DNA of 60,130 nt, counting the filler, from Sandaracinaceae bacterium (GTDB lineage: Bacteria; Myxococcota_A; Polyangia; Polyangiales; JADJQN01): assembly GCA_947483975.1 (NCBI GenBank). It is 5 parts of 5 records of this genome, joined end to end, with 100 filler letters (N's around TTAATTAATTAA, not from the genome) between each part and the next. Parts side by side here need not be neighbours in the genome. Positions count along the whole stretch, not along the records: positions 1 to 12,259 come from CANKOL010000133.1; positions 12,360 to 24,538 come from CANKOL010000134.1; 3 more parts are not named here. One strand, 5' to 3'. Under the pieces are notes generated by a model. The model did not search any database. It saw only the letters and a program-made list of their open reading frames with translations, and was not told the DNA's origin. The position numbers and the translations under genes are program-made. Positions 10,371-21,117 of this stretch are shown piece by piece; the first letter of the stretch is position 1, and each line of letters begins with the position of its first letter.

Positions 10371-12259
10371 ATGGAGATGCGTCGTCGTATCCCCGCGCTG
10401 CTCGTCGTCTCTGCGCTGCTCGTGCCTGTCACGGGCGGCGCGCAGGACGTGCCCGCGGTGGGCGACGTCGCACCCTCTACGGCTGCCGCGCCTAGCGCGG
10501 ACGCGCTCGTGACCGGCGATGAGTCCGAAGAGCTCCGCGCGCTGCGCCTCGCCGAGCTCGAACTCTTCGGGCCCGCGGCGGGCGGCGCGCAGACGCTCGC
10601 GAGCGGTGAGATGCCGCTCGCGCTGACCTCGGACGTACCGGCCGGCGTGGTCGAGACGGCGACGGGGGGGCGTGATCTCGCGTACCTGCAAGGGCTCGCG
10701 CTCCCCGATCTGCCGGTGCGCTGGGACAGCCGCGTCGTCGACTATCTGCGCTTCTTCAAGGACGATCCGCGAGGCCATTCGCTGATGGCAGGCTGGCTGC
10801 GGCGCGTGCCGAGGCACGACCGCGCGGTGCGCGAGGTGCTGCGCGCGGCTGGCGTCCCCGAGGATCTCTTCTACGTCGCGATGGTCGAGAGCGGGCTCGA
10901 CCCGACAGCACACTCGGGCGCGGGTGCCGTGGGGATGTGGCAGTTCGTGCAGGGGACGGGCGAGGAGTACGGCCTCGCGCGCGACCACTGGGTCGATCAG
11001 CGCATGAGCCCGGAGGCGGCGACGGGCGCGGCGGCGCACTATCTCGGCGACCTCCACCGCCGCTTCGGCTCGTGGGAGCTCGCGCTCGCCGCGTACAACA
11101 TGGGCTACGGGGCGCTCATCCGCGCCATTCGCAAGTACAACACCAACGACTTCTGGCAGCTCGCGCGGGTCGAGGCGGGCTTGCCTTTCGAGACGACGCT
11201 CTACGTCGCGAAGATCATGGCGTGCGCGGTGGTCGGGAGAAATCCCGCGCGCTTCGGCTTCGACACGGCGACGCGTGAAGCGGAGACTCCGCTCACCGCG
11301 ATCGAGGTGCCCGGAGGCATGACGCTCTCGGTGCTCGCGCGGGCAGCCGACCTGCAGCCGGCCGATCTCGCGCGGATGAACCCGGAGCTGCGCCGCGGCC
11401 GAACGCCGCCGGGCGCCGCGAGCTTCGCCCTTCGCGTCCCCGCCGATCACGCGGACGCGTTCGTGCGCCAGCTCGGGCGGGTGCGCGCGCGGCAGCCGCA
11501 AGAGAAGGTCTACGTCGTCCGCTTTGGCGAGACGCTGGCGGAGGTCGCGGCGCGGTTCCGCACGACCGCGAACGCGCTCAACGCCGCGAACGAGCTAGGC
11601 GATACGACGGTGCGCGCGGGCTTCATGCTGATGGTGCCCGCCGTCGAGCCTCGCGTGCCGTCGGCTGGCGAGCCGCCGGTCGTCAGCGTGCCGGACCAGC
11701 GATTCTCCTATGCGCAGCGGCGCCGCGTATTCTATCGCGTGATCGAGGGCGACGGGCCGGCGGAGATCGCTCGGTTCTTCGGCGTCACGCTGGACGACCT
11801 GCGCCGTTGGAACGGCATCGACCCTGCGGCCACGCTGCAGTCCGGGATGTTCGTCCAGCTCTTCGTGCCGACGAGCCGCGACCTGACGAGCGCGGTCGTG
11901 CTGTCCGAGCGCGACGTCCGCGTGCTCGTCGTCGGCTCGGATGAGTTCTTCGACTACCACGAGGGGCAGCGCGGGCGCGTGCGAATCCGCTACCGCGTGC
12001 GGGAGGGAGACACGCTCGCGAGCGTCGCCCGGCGCTTCGACCTCTCGACTGGCTCGGTCGCCCGCATCAATCGCTTCGATCGCGGGGCGGCGCTGCGCCT
12101 CGACCAGGAGCTCATCGTGTACGCGCCGCGCGACGCGAACCTCGCCGCGCCTGAGACCGCGCCTCCCGCCGCGCCCCCGACGGCGGCGCTCGTCGCTGCG
12201 ACAGTGGTCGCCGCCACCCTGATCGCGCCGGCCGTCACGGCGCCGCTCGCGGCCGCTCC
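10371..12259 (+). CDS. MltD-like lytic transglycosylase with LysM repeats (3' end cut by gap)
   Basis: Signal peptide, SLT motifs AMVESG, GAVGMWQF, AAYNMG, ETTLYV; LysM-like YVVRFGETL, YRVIEGD, YRVREGDTL. Confidence 0.88.
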
Positions 12260-12359
12260 NNNNNNNNNNNNNNNNNNNNNNNNNNNNNNNNNNNNNNNNN
12301 NNNTTAATTAATTAANNNNNNNNNNNNNNNNNNNNNNNNNNNNNNNNNNNNNNNNNNNN
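12260..12359. other. Artificial contig spacer
   Basis: 100 bp of N with central TTAATTAATTAA. Confidence 0.98.
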
Positions 12360-13040
12360 CGGCGCCGTCGCCGCGAGGGCCGCGAGGCGATCGTCCTCGG
12401 CGCGCAGCTGCGTCATCACGTGCGCGGCGCCCGCGCGCTGCTCCGCGGTCGGCAGCGTCCAGTACTGCGCGATGTCGTCGCGCATCGTCTTCGCGTAGGC
12501 GTACGGCAGCGTGTCCGAGAGCGCCGGCGGCACCGGCGACGGCTCGAAGGTCTGCGGCTCGTCGCCGATCTGAAAGCCGTTCCCTTGGCAGACGAAGCCG
12601 TCCCCCGGCACCTCGTGCCAGCCGCCCGGACAGCCTCGCCCGGCGACCGGACGCTTGGCCCGGAACGTCGCGCCGCGCCTCATGTAGCCGACGACGCGCG
12701 CCCGGTTCGAGGGCTGCTCGAACACCTGCGCGATGAAGTGATAGACGACGCCGTGCCGCGGATAGGTCCGCTCGAACGCCTCGCGCTCTGCCGCGTCCCG
12801 CTCTCGCGCCTCTGCCTCGAAGTCGCGCGGCGGAGGGGGAGGCGGCGCGACCGGCGCCGCGACGGGCGGCGCAACGGTCACGCGCGAGTGGGCCGTCGGC
12901 GGGGTCGGCGCGGCGTGGGTCGGCACGGACGCCTCCGCGCCCTCGTCGCCAGCGGTGTTGCTGCCGCAACTCCACGCGGCAGGCGCGAGCACGAGCGCGG
13001 TGGCGAGAGCGAGGTGAGGAGCGACGCGTGCGAGTGACAT
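12360..13040 (-). CDS. Exported protein, probably the N-terminal part of a myxobacterial L,D-transpeptidase-family protein (truncated)
   Basis: Signal/lipoprotein-like N-terminus, VGYMRRG..GCPGGWHEV..GFVC, LPYAYA. The catalytic domain is not visible, so the family call is recalled resemblance only. Confidence 0.5.
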
Positions 13041-13133
13041 GGGCCTGCTCGCGCTTCGCACGAAATGCGCGCGGCGGTCCAGAATCTGGCGCTCTCTCTC
13101 GCCGTCTGATAGCAGCGCCTCAGACGCTGCATC

Positions 13134-16073
13134 ATGGAATCTTCACGCACGCTCGCCTTCCTGTTCGCTGCGCTGCTCGCCACGCTCACCGCCTCGCCCG
13201 CGCGCGCCGACGCCCCCTCGGTCGTCGCCCTACGCGAGCGCCTGACCGCCCTCGAGGCGCATCGACCCGAGGCCGTGCCACCCGGCACGCTCGTCAGCAT
13301 CGGGTACATGGTCGACACCTCCGACCGCATCTCGGAGCGCTTCCCGACGCAGTCCGAGAGCTGGCGTCGCCGCGCCGCGGGCTTCCTCGACTCCGCCGAA
13401 GCGGGCCACGACCCGTACCCCGAGCAGCGCGGCAAGATCGTCAGTCGAGGCTACGTCTCGCCGATCAGCCGACGCACCCAGGGCTACACGGTCTTCATCC
13501 CCACGGACTACGACCCAGCGCGCGCGTATCCGATGATGATCGTGCTCCACGGCGGCTCGTCGAACGGCAACCTCTTCCTCGGGGTCGTGCTCGGCAACAA
13601 CATGAGCTGGCTCGACTACGACGTGCACCTCTGGGACGACTTTCAGCCCCAGTGGTTCCCCGACTGGATCGTCGTCGCGCCGGACGGCTACGGCCAGGTC
13701 CTCTGGCGCTGGATGGGCGAGCAGGACGTGCTCGATGTGCTCTCCGACGTCGAGCAGAACTACCACGTCGACCCCGACCGAGTGCACCTCAACGGCGTCT
13801 CGAACGGCGGCGTCGGCACGCACAACATCGGTTTGCGGCAGGCGTGGCGCTTCGCCTCCGTCATAGCGATGGCGGGCGCCCCGAGCTGGATTCAGTACAC
13901 CGGCGGACGACAGACCAGCATCGACCGCACGGTGCTCTCGGCGCAGAGCGGGATGCAGCTGCTCGAGAACGCTTGGAACACCAAATATAGCTACCACCAC
14001 GGCCTGCACGACCCTGGGCCGATGCGCCCCGCGTTCGTCGCCGAGCTCGACGAGGAGGTCGCGCGGCTCGGCGTTCCGGCGCGCGGCAACTGGTACGACG
14101 CCGGGCACGATCTGCTCTACATCGTGCACAGGCATGGGCGCTTCTACGAGGGGCTCGTCGACGTGCGCCGGGACACTCACCCCGCCGAGATCACGCTCCT
14201 GAGCGGCGACTATCGCGCCGCGCGTCAGCACTGGCTGACGGTCACGCGCATCGACGACTATCCCGTCATCGCCCGCCTGCACGCGAAGGTCGAGGGCGAC
14301 GCGATCACCGTCGAGACGCGCGGGGCGAGCGCGTTCTCGATCGATCTCCGCGAGGCGCCGCTCGCCGCCGGGGAGAACGCGCGCCTCGTCGTCGATGGGC
14401 ACGAGGCGTATCGCGGGCCGCGCGCGGCGCTCGGGCACGTCGTGCATCTCGTGCAAGCCGAGGGCGCTTGGCGCACGGGCTTCCCGCCCGCCGCAGAGGG
14501 GCTCGAGAAGCGCGCGGCGCTCTCGGGGCCGATCGGCGATGCGTTCTACGGGCGCATGGTCCACGTCTACGGCACGCAGAACGCAGAGCACACGGACCTG
14601 CTTCGGCGCGCCGCCGAGCGCGGCTCGCACGGCTGGCCGCTCTGGCTGTGGAGCGTCAACCAAGAGGTCGTGCGCGACGTCGACGTCAGCGACGCGATGA
14701 TGCAGAGCGCGACGTTCGTTCTCTATGGCGGCCCGGGCGACAACGCCGTGCTCGAGCGCTTGCGCGACCGCCTGCCGCTCCGCGTCGAGCCCGGCGCGGT
14801 CACGCTCGGCACACGGCGCTTCGAGGGCAACGACGTCGGCACGCGCTTCATCTATCCGAACCCCGTCGCCCCGACTCAGTACGTGATCGTGCAAGCGGGC
14901 GCGACGGCGACGGCGGCCGCTGCCGGCAACAACCTGCCTGACTTCTTGCCCGACTACGTCGTGTACGACGGCGCCGCGACGGCCGAGCGACAGCGCCTCG
15001 TCATGCCGCGGCAGGGCACGCGCGCGATCGGCTTCTTCGACGACCACTGGCTGGTGCGCCCCGACGCGCTGACCGCGGCACCGCCTGTCGCGACCGGTGT
15101 CGTCCCCGGCCCGATGAGCACGCCCGTCCCGGGCCCGATCCCGATGCCGACCGCTGCGCCGACGCGCGCGCCTGTGCCCCCGTCGGCGCCGATCAACGAG
15201 GGCGGCGATGATGGGCCGATGCACCGTCGGCACCCGCACGATGGAGGCACCCCGCTCCACGGCTCGCTGCACCTGCAGTACCCCCTCGACCTCCGAGGAA
15301 ATCCGGTCACTCCGCTCTTGCCTGCGCCTCCTGCGCCGCCGGTTCCTCCCCGCGCGACCGACTTTCTGACGGGCGACACAGACCCGGTCGGGCGCCTCGC
15401 GCGCGTCGTCGCGCGGCGCGTGTCGTCGTTCCCGAACTTTCGGGCGGACATCCCAGGCTCGACCTGGACCGTCGACCCCGCGACGCAATGGAAGTTCCGC
15501 GCGAGGCAGGACTGCTTCGCCGCGCTCCGCACTGCCGGCGTGCCGTTCTTGCCGCTCCCAGGGGCCGCGAGCGCGCTGCTGACGACGCCCGTGCCGGCGC
15601 CCGTCGTGATTCTGCCGCAGCCCGTTCACGGGGTGACCTTCATCGCGGACCACACGGCCCGCCCCGACGATGACGACCGCCTGATCATCAGCTGCGAGCT
15701 TGCCGCGCGGCTGCCCGACATCGCCGCTGTGCTCGCCCGACACGGCGTCACGAGCGCCGAGGTGCTCTCGTCGTACCGCGATCATCCGCGCCCGAGCTTC
15801 CACACCTTCGGTCTCGCGCTCGACCTCGCGTCCTTCACGACGGCCGCCGGGCGGCTCACCGTCGCGACGGACTTCGAGATCAGCCCCGCGCAGGAGACCT
15901 GCGCCTCGACGCCCCCGACGGGCGCGAACGCGCGCGCGCTCCACGAGATCGCGTGCGACCTCGCCGCGACGCACCGCGTCTCGACCGTGCTCACGCCGAA
16001 CTACAACGCAGGGCATCGCGACCACTTCCACCTCGACGTGCGCCCCGACGACCCGCGCTTCTACGTTCGCTGA
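13134..16073 (+). CDS. Secreted alpha/beta-hydrolase (esterase/prolyl-oligopeptidase-like) fused to an extensin-like C-terminal domain
   Basis: Signal peptide, PTDYDPARAYPMMIVLHG, VDPDRVHLNGVSNGG, AGHD; Pro-rich linker; C-terminal ISCELA, HTFGLALD, LTPNYNAGHRDHFHLD. Confidence 0.75.
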   Translation: MESSRTLAFLFAALLATLTASPARADAPSVVALRERLTALEAHRPEAVPPGTLVSIGYMVDTSDRISERFPTQSESWRRRAAGFLDSAEAGHDPYPEQRGKIVSRGYVSPISRRTQGYTVFIPTDYDPARAYPMMIVLHGGSSNGNLFLGVVLGNNMSWLDYDVHLWDDFQPQWFPDWIVVAPDGYGQVLWRWMGEQDVLDVLSDVEQNYHVDPDRVHLNGVSNGGVGTHNIGLRQAWRFASVIAMAGAPSWIQYTGGRQTSIDRTVLSAQSGMQLLENAWNTKYSYHHGLHDPGPMRPAFVAELDEEVARLGVPARGNWYDAGHDLLYIVHRHGRFYEGLVDVRRDTHPAEITLLSGDYRAARQHWLTVTRIDDYPVIARLHAKVEGDAITVETRGASAFSIDLREAPLAAGENARLVVDGHEAYRGPRAALGHVVHLVQAEGAWRTGFPPAAEGLEKRAALSGPIGDAFYGRMVHVYGTQNAEHTDLLRRAAERGSHGWPLWLWSVNQEVVRDVDVSDAMMQSATFVLYGGPGDNAVLERLRDRLPLRVEPGAVTLGTRRFEGNDVGTRFIYPNPVAPTQYVIVQAGATATAAAAGNNLPDFLPDYVVYDGAATAERQRLVMPRQGTRAIGFFDDHWLVRPDALTAAPPVATGVVPGPMSTPVPGPIPMPTAAPTRAPVPPSAPINEGGDDGPMHRRHPHDGGTPLHGSLHLQYPLDLRGNPVTPLLPAPPAPPVPPRATDFLTGDTDPVGRLARVVARRVSSFPNFRADIPGSTWTVDPATQWKFRARQDCFAALRTAGVPFLPLPGAASALLTTPVPAPVVILPQPVHGVTFIADHTARPDDDDRLIISCELAARLPDIAAVLARHGVTSAEVLSSYRDHPRPSFHTFGLALDLASFTTAAGRLTVATDFEISPAQETCASTPPTGANARALHEIACDLAATHRVSTVLTPNYNAGHRDHFHLDVRPDDPRFYVR

Positions 16074-16156
16074 GCCGGCCCCAGCGCCCGCATTCCCGGA
16101 GGGCGCGCCACTGTTGTAAGCTCGCCCACGTATGCGTTTTGCCTCGGGGAGACGGT

Positions 16157-17791
16157 ATGGGCGACCGGCGGACTCACACTGAGCAGGAAAAGACTGAGCG
16201 CGCGCTGCGGGAGTCCGAGGCGCGCTTCCGCTCGTTCGTGACCAACACGCGCGACGCGGTGTGGTGCTTCGAGTGCGCTGAGCCGATCGCGATCACGCTG
16301 CCGCTCGCCGAGCAGTTCGAGCGCTTGCTCGAGGCGCAGCTGATCGAGTGCAACCTGCCGTACGCACGGCTGCGTGGGGCTGCGTCCCCGAGCGACCTCG
16401 TCGGTCAGCCGCTCAGCGCGCTCAATCGCGGGTCTCTCGAGGTCCTGCGCGACCTCTTTCAGCGCATGACCGAGGCCGACTACATCCTCGAGGGCGCGCT
16501 CGTCGTACAGCGCGGCGCCGATGGGAACGAGCGCACCGCGGTCGCCCGCGTGCAGGGAGTCGTCGAGGACGGCGGACTGCTGCGCGTGTGGGGGAGCTTC
16601 GCCGACGTCACCGAGTCGCTGCGCAGCGAGCGCGAGAAGCGGGAGCTCGAGCAGCAGCTCCGACACGCGCAGAAGATGGACAGCATCGGCGCGCTCGCGG
16701 GCGGCATGGCGCACGACTTCAACAACGTGCTGATGGTGATCAGCACGACGGCTGAGCTCGCCCTGAGGGGCGCGACGCCCGCGCAGGCGGCGTTGCTCGA
16801 GGAGATGCAGGCGGCGGCGCTCCGCGGCGCGGGGCTCACGCGGAGGCTCCTCACCTTCGCGCACAAGCAGACCGCCGCGCAGCGCCGCGTCGTGCTCGAC
16901 GACCTGCTCGACGAGCTGCTGCCGATGGTGCGCCGCCTGATCCCGAGCTCGATCGTCGTCGCCTTCACCGCGCGCGCGGGTGCCTCGGTGTTGGCGGACC
17001 CGGGGCAGGTCGAGCAGGTCGTGATGAACCTCGTGCTCAACGCCCGCGACGCGATCGGCCTCACCGCCGGGCGCATCGAGGTCGCGACGGAGCTCGCGCA
17101 GCTCGACGAGAAGACGCTGCGCGCGGCCCCATGGCTGCAGGCGCGCGAGTTCCTCAAGCTCTCGGTGACCGACTCCGGCACGGGCATCGCGCCGGAGCTC
17201 GTGGACCGCATCTTCGAGCCTTTCTTCACGACGAAGGTCGTCGGCCAGGGCACGGGGCTCGGCCTCTCGATCGTCTACGGGATCGTGCGGCAGCACGGCG
17301 GCTTGGTGCGCGTCTCGAGCCCGCCCGGGCGCGGCGCGTGCTTCGAGGTCTATCTCCCGTGCGCGGCTGGGCACACGGTCCGGCCCCCGGCTCCGGACGG
17401 CGCTCGCGCGGCGCTCGGGGACGAGCACATCCTCTTCGCGGAGGACGACCCCGCGGTGCGGCTCGCGGTGACGCGCGTCCTCGAGAGCGCTGGCTATCGA
17501 GTCCACGCGGCCGCCGATGGCCAGGAGGCGGTCCGGCTCTTCCTCGCGGCGCCCTCGACGTTCGACCTGGCGCTCCTCGACGTCGTGATGCCGAAGCTCA
17601 CCGGCGGGCAGGTGTTCGCGCAGCTGCGCGCGCGGCGTCCCGATTTTCGCGTGATCTTCTCGAGCGGCTACAGCGCCGGCGCGCTCGACGCGGCGACCCT
17701 CGCCGAGCCGCTCGTGCGGCACCTCGTCAAGCCGTACGACTCCGGGGCGCTGCTCGCCGCGGTGCGTGAACTGCTCGATATTCCGTCCTGA
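16157..17791 (+). CDS. Hybrid sensor histidine kinase (PAS-HisKA-HATPase-REC)
   Basis: LAGGMAHDFNN, NLVLNARDA, DSGTGI, FEPFFTTK, GTGLGL, receiver AEDD / LDVVMPKLTG / KPY. Confidence 0.93.
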   Translation: MGDRRTHTEQEKTERALRESEARFRSFVTNTRDAVWCFECAEPIAITLPLAEQFERLLEAQLIECNLPYARLRGAASPSDLVGQPLSALNRGSLEVLRDLFQRMTEADYILEGALVVQRGADGNERTAVARVQGVVEDGGLLRVWGSFADVTESLRSEREKRELEQQLRHAQKMDSIGALAGGMAHDFNNVLMVISTTAELALRGATPAQAALLEEMQAAALRGAGLTRRLLTFAHKQTAAQRRVVLDDLLDELLPMVRRLIPSSIVVAFTARAGASVLADPGQVEQVVMNLVLNARDAIGLTAGRIEVATELAQLDEKTLRAAPWLQAREFLKLSVTDSGTGIAPELVDRIFEPFFTTKVVGQGTGLGLSIVYGIVRQHGGLVRVSSPPGRGACFEVYLPCAAGHTVRPPAPDGARAALGDEHILFAEDDPAVRLAVTRVLESAGYRVHAAADGQEAVRLFLAAPSTFDLALLDVVMPKLTGGQVFAQLRARRPDFRVIFSSGYSAGALDAATLAEPLVRHLVKPYDSGALLAAVRELLDIPS

Positions 17792-17823
17792 CCTCAGCCG
17801 TATTCAGCTCCGTCCGCGCGCGC

Positions 17824-19131
17824 TCAGCCGTAGAGCGGAGCCGCCGCCGCGAGCTCCGGGAAGAACGCCTTCACCTCGTCCGCGCGGCGCGTGACGTCGC
17901 GCCGCCCGAGGTCCATCAGCGTGCGCGCGAAGCCGCCGTCGAAGAGCAGGAACGAGCCGAGATCCGTCTCGACGGATTGGCCGATGCTGCGCGCCCCACG
18001 CAGCGCCGAGCCGAGCATTCGCGCCGGTCCCCGCCAGCGGGGATGCTCCTCGCGCAGGTACTCACCCGCGAGCACGCCGATGTCCTCGGACGGCCGAAAG
18101 ACGAGCGTCTGCACGTGCCGATAGCGTAGCCCGCGCTCTTGCTCGATCACGCGCGAGACCTCCGCGAACTCGTCGGGCGGCAGCGTCTGCTCGAGCACCT
18201 CGATCAGCCGATTCAGGCGCGAGAGCACCTGTAGGTCGTAGTCCACTGGATCGAGCAAGAGGGCATTGAGCACCTTGCCGAGCAGGAAGAGCGGATTCGG
18301 ATACTGCGCGAGCGCCATGCGCGGACGGCTCGCGGGCGGATCCGGGTGCAACAGCGAGACGACGACGAGGCGCGTCGAGCCCGCGCGAATCGCAGGGGAA
18401 ATGGGCGTGTTGAAGCGCAATCCGCCGTCGCAGTAGTACGCGTCGCCGATGCGGCGGGCGGGATACATCATCGGGATCGCCGCAGACGCGAGCACGTGCT
18501 CGGCGGTGATCGGCCCCTCGCGCTGCACGCGGCGCTTGTCCTTCGACGTGACGACCGTCGTGCCCTCGGCGAGCTGCGCGAACATGGTCGTGCGGCCGCC
18601 AGCGACGTCGAGCGCCGAGACCATCAGCGCGCGCACGATGCCCTCACGGACGTTCGTCGAGAGGCGCTGCCAGGGGATCGTCGTCTCGACGATGCGCTCG
18701 AGCGGGCGCGGATCGAGGAGCGCGCGGCCGTAGTGATCGCCGAGCTTCCCGGACTCTCGGCGCGTCCACGAGAGAAACGGCAGCGAGCGCGGCCAGCCGA
18801 GCAACGCGCCCGAGTCGACGCGCAGATCGCGCGAGAGCTCGAGCGACTCCCACGTCTTGATCAGCCCCTCGATGCCGAGGTCCGCGCGGTCTGCGTGCGC
18901 CGCGAGATACGTCGCGTTGATCGCGCCGACGGACGTGCCCGCGAAGACGTCGAAGGGCGCCGCGCCGCGCTCACCGAGGTGAAGCACCTCCGCGATCCCG
19001 GCCATCACGCCGACCTCGTAGGCGCCGCGCGCGCCGCCCCCCGAGAGCACGAGCGCGGCCTTGTCCGGCCGTGGTCCGAGCGAGCGCGGCGTGTGTCGAT
19101 CCTCGCTCGGCCAGTCGCCCTGCGGGCTCAC
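17824..19131 (-). CDS. Patatin-like phospholipase
   Basis: LSGGGARGAY, GTSVG, ASAAIP, DGG. GTG start overlaps the M3 peptidase stop. Confidence 0.9.
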   Translation of the reverse strand: MSPQGDWPSEDRHTPRSLGPRPDKAALVLSGGGARGAYEVGVMAGIAEVLHLGERGAAPFDVFAGTSVGAINATYLAAHADRADLGIEGLIKTWESLELSRDLRVDSGALLGWPRSLPFLSWTRRESGKLGDHYGRALLDPRPLERIVETTIPWQRLSTNVREGIVRALMVSALDVAGGRTTMFAQLAEGTTVVTSKDKRRVQREGPITAEHVLASAAIPMMYPARRIGDAYYCDGGLRFNTPISPAIRAGSTRLVVVSLLHPDPPASRPRMALAQYPNPLFLLGKVLNALLLDPVDYDLQVLSRLNRLIEVLEQTLPPDEFAEVSRVIEQERGLRYRHVQTLVFRPSEDIGVLAGEYLREEHPRWRGPARMLGSALRGARSIGQSVETDLGSFLLFDGGFARTLMDLGRRDVTRRADEVKAFFPELAAAAPLYG

Positions 19132-20999
19132 TGCGCGGACGCCGCTTCGTGCGCGCCCACCCAGGTTGCGAACTCCTGCGCTGCCTGCCCGAAGGAGCCG
19201 CGCTCGGTGCTGCAGATCGTCTCGGCGCCGTGCATGACCCGGACGGTCGCGTCGAGCCGCACCTCGCCGTCGAAGTGCGGGCGCGTCCGCTGCTCCTCGA
19301 CGCAGGCGCGCGCGCTCGCGATGGCCTCGTCGACCGAGCGATTGCACGCGGCGACGAGGGCATTCGCGGAGAGCGGCCCGCCGGTGAGCGCGCGCAGCGT
19401 CTCGTCGAACGTCGCCGCGTTGCCCGGCGCCCAATACGCCTTGGCGAGGTCGGGCCCGATGCGGGGGTTATCCGTCAAATGCCCATCACGCTCGAGGAAG
19501 AACGCGCGCGTCTGATAGACGGCCATCTCCGCGAGCACATAGCCGTGATAGTAGGCGCTCGACTCGCCCGAGAGCAGATGCGGCACGGCGAGCACCGGGC
19601 GCACCGCGGACTCCAGCCCTTGCAGCTCGCGCTCGACGGCGCGCACGGTCGAGAGCACGCGCTCGGGCGTCAGCTCGGCGTCGGGGATCTCGTAGATGGC
19701 GCGCTCGGCGAAGGGCACGGTCATCAGCGCGCGCACATCCCAGCCGCGCAGGGGCTGCGACTCGCGGATCGCCGCTTCGATCAGCGACAGCGGCATCGGT
19801 CGGCCGTCCGCGTCGAGCGCGTAGCGAACGCGCCAGTCGGCGTCGCCGAGGAGCGAGTCCATGAACATCGACTGCGTCTCGGCGTAGGCGACGCTCGTCG
19901 GCGCGAACTCCTGCGAGAAGCACGGCGCGTCCGAGAGGATGTTCGAGAAGTGCGCCGCGTGCCCGCCCTCGTGAAACAGCGTCTCGGTCGCGCGCAGCCC
20001 CGAGCCGACCGCGCCGGGGACCGCGTTCGCGGTGAAATTGATGCGCGCCGGTCGCCACTGACCGTCCTCGAAGAACGCGGGCCCCGGGCCGTGCATGAAG
20101 CCGTTCTCGTACTTGCCCGCGCGGTCCACGAGGTCGAGCGTCAGGGTCGCGCCGCGATAGGTGACGCCCAGCGCCGCGAACGAGCGCCCCCAGCGCGAGA
20201 GCGCGGTGCCGAACGGGAAGTACGGGTCGAGCTCGCGCGTGATGGCGCCCGCGCGCAGGAACGCGAAATTCCAGGGCTCGAGGGCGTTCGTCGTCTCGCC
20301 CTGCTTGCTCTCCGCGAGCGCTCCGACCGCGGCGCGCGTGCCCTCCGCGGTGCGCGCCGCGAGGTCATCGAGCATCCCGAAGAGGTCGCGCTTCGGCAGG
20401 CGCTCGACCACCGAGGTGCGCCAGTCGTAGTAGTCCGCGTACCCGAGCATTCGCCCGAGGGCGTTGCGCTGTCTGACGATGTCGAGAAAGCCGTGCTCGA
20501 GCACGAACGTCTCGATGGAGCGCAGCCCCTCGAACGCCGCGCGTCGCCGCGCCTCGTCCGGGTCCGTCCGCATCATCAGGGCGAGCTTGTTGCTCCCTGC
20601 GAGGACGTGCGCGCCCGTCGCCGGATCGACGTAGCCGAGCGCCATCGCGCCGCGCGCCCGCGCGAGCGCAGCCTCCGCTTCGACGATGCGCTCGGAGAGC
20701 GCCCGCGCCGCCGGCTCTTCGATGGAGTGCGCGGCGAAGAGCGCGATCCAGCCCCGCAGAGTGCGCCGCTCAGCGTCGCTCGCGTCGGTCGCAGGTTCGA
20801 GCGCGCGCAGGCGCGACAGCGTGCCGGGATCCTGCAGAAAGCGGTTGAGCGCGATCTCCGCCTCCGCGGCGGCGTGGCTCGTTCCGTCGACGTCGGCGCT
20901 GAGGCCCATCTTCGAAGTCCAGAAGAGGTCCTCCTTCGCCTCGTGCAGCGCGAGGTAGCGGTCGCGGAGGTCTCGGAGCGTTCCGGCGAGCGAGTTCAT
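19128..20999 (-). CDS. M3-family metallopeptidase
   Basis: TLFHEGGHAAH (HExxH), AETQSM, GKYENGF, YYHGYVLAE. Confidence 0.9.
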   Translation of the reverse strand: MNSLAGTLRDLRDRYLALHEAKEDLFWTSKMGLSADVDGTSHAAAEAEIALNRFLQDPGTLSRLRALEPATDASDAERRTLRGWIALFAAHSIEEPAARALSERIVEAEAALARARGAMALGYVDPATGAHVLAGSNKLALMMRTDPDEARRRAAFEGLRSIETFVLEHGFLDIVRQRNALGRMLGYADYYDWRTSVVERLPKRDLFGMLDDLAARTAEGTRAAVGALAESKQGETTNALEPWNFAFLRAGAITRELDPYFPFGTALSRWGRSFAALGVTYRGATLTLDLVDRAGKYENGFMHGPGPAFFEDGQWRPARINFTANAVPGAVGSGLRATETLFHEGGHAAHFSNILSDAPCFSQEFAPTSVAYAETQSMFMDSLLGDADWRVRYALDADGRPMPLSLIEAAIRESQPLRGWDVRALMTVPFAERAIYEIPDAELTPERVLSTVRAVERELQGLESAVRPVLAVPHLLSGESSAYYHGYVLAEMAVYQTRAFFLERDGHLTDNPRIGPDLAKAYWAPGNAATFDETLRALTGGPLSANALVAACNRSVDEAIASARACVEEQRTRPHFDGEVRLDATVRVMHGAETICSTERGSFGQAAQEFATWVGAHEAASAQ

Positions 21000-21117
21000 G
21001 GCGGTGAAGCTACGCCGTAAGCCGCAGAATTGCTCGCATTACGTCGAGGCTGGCTGATACTCTGCGGCTGTCGTCGCCGTGCGCGCAGGGGGCCTGTCGC
21101 CGAGGTGGAACTCCGTG

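Noticed and set aside
12304..12315. TTAATTAATTAA palindrome as a biological site
   Set aside because: Identical linker embedded in all four N runs.
10371..13040. MltD-like and L,D-transpeptidase-like genes as a convergent cell-wall cluster
   Set aside because: They are separated by an artificial spacer.
21051..21065. Possible sigma54 site TGGC-N8-TGC before the lipoprotein
   Set aside because: Only the GG-N10-GC core matches, which is too likely by chance at this GC content.
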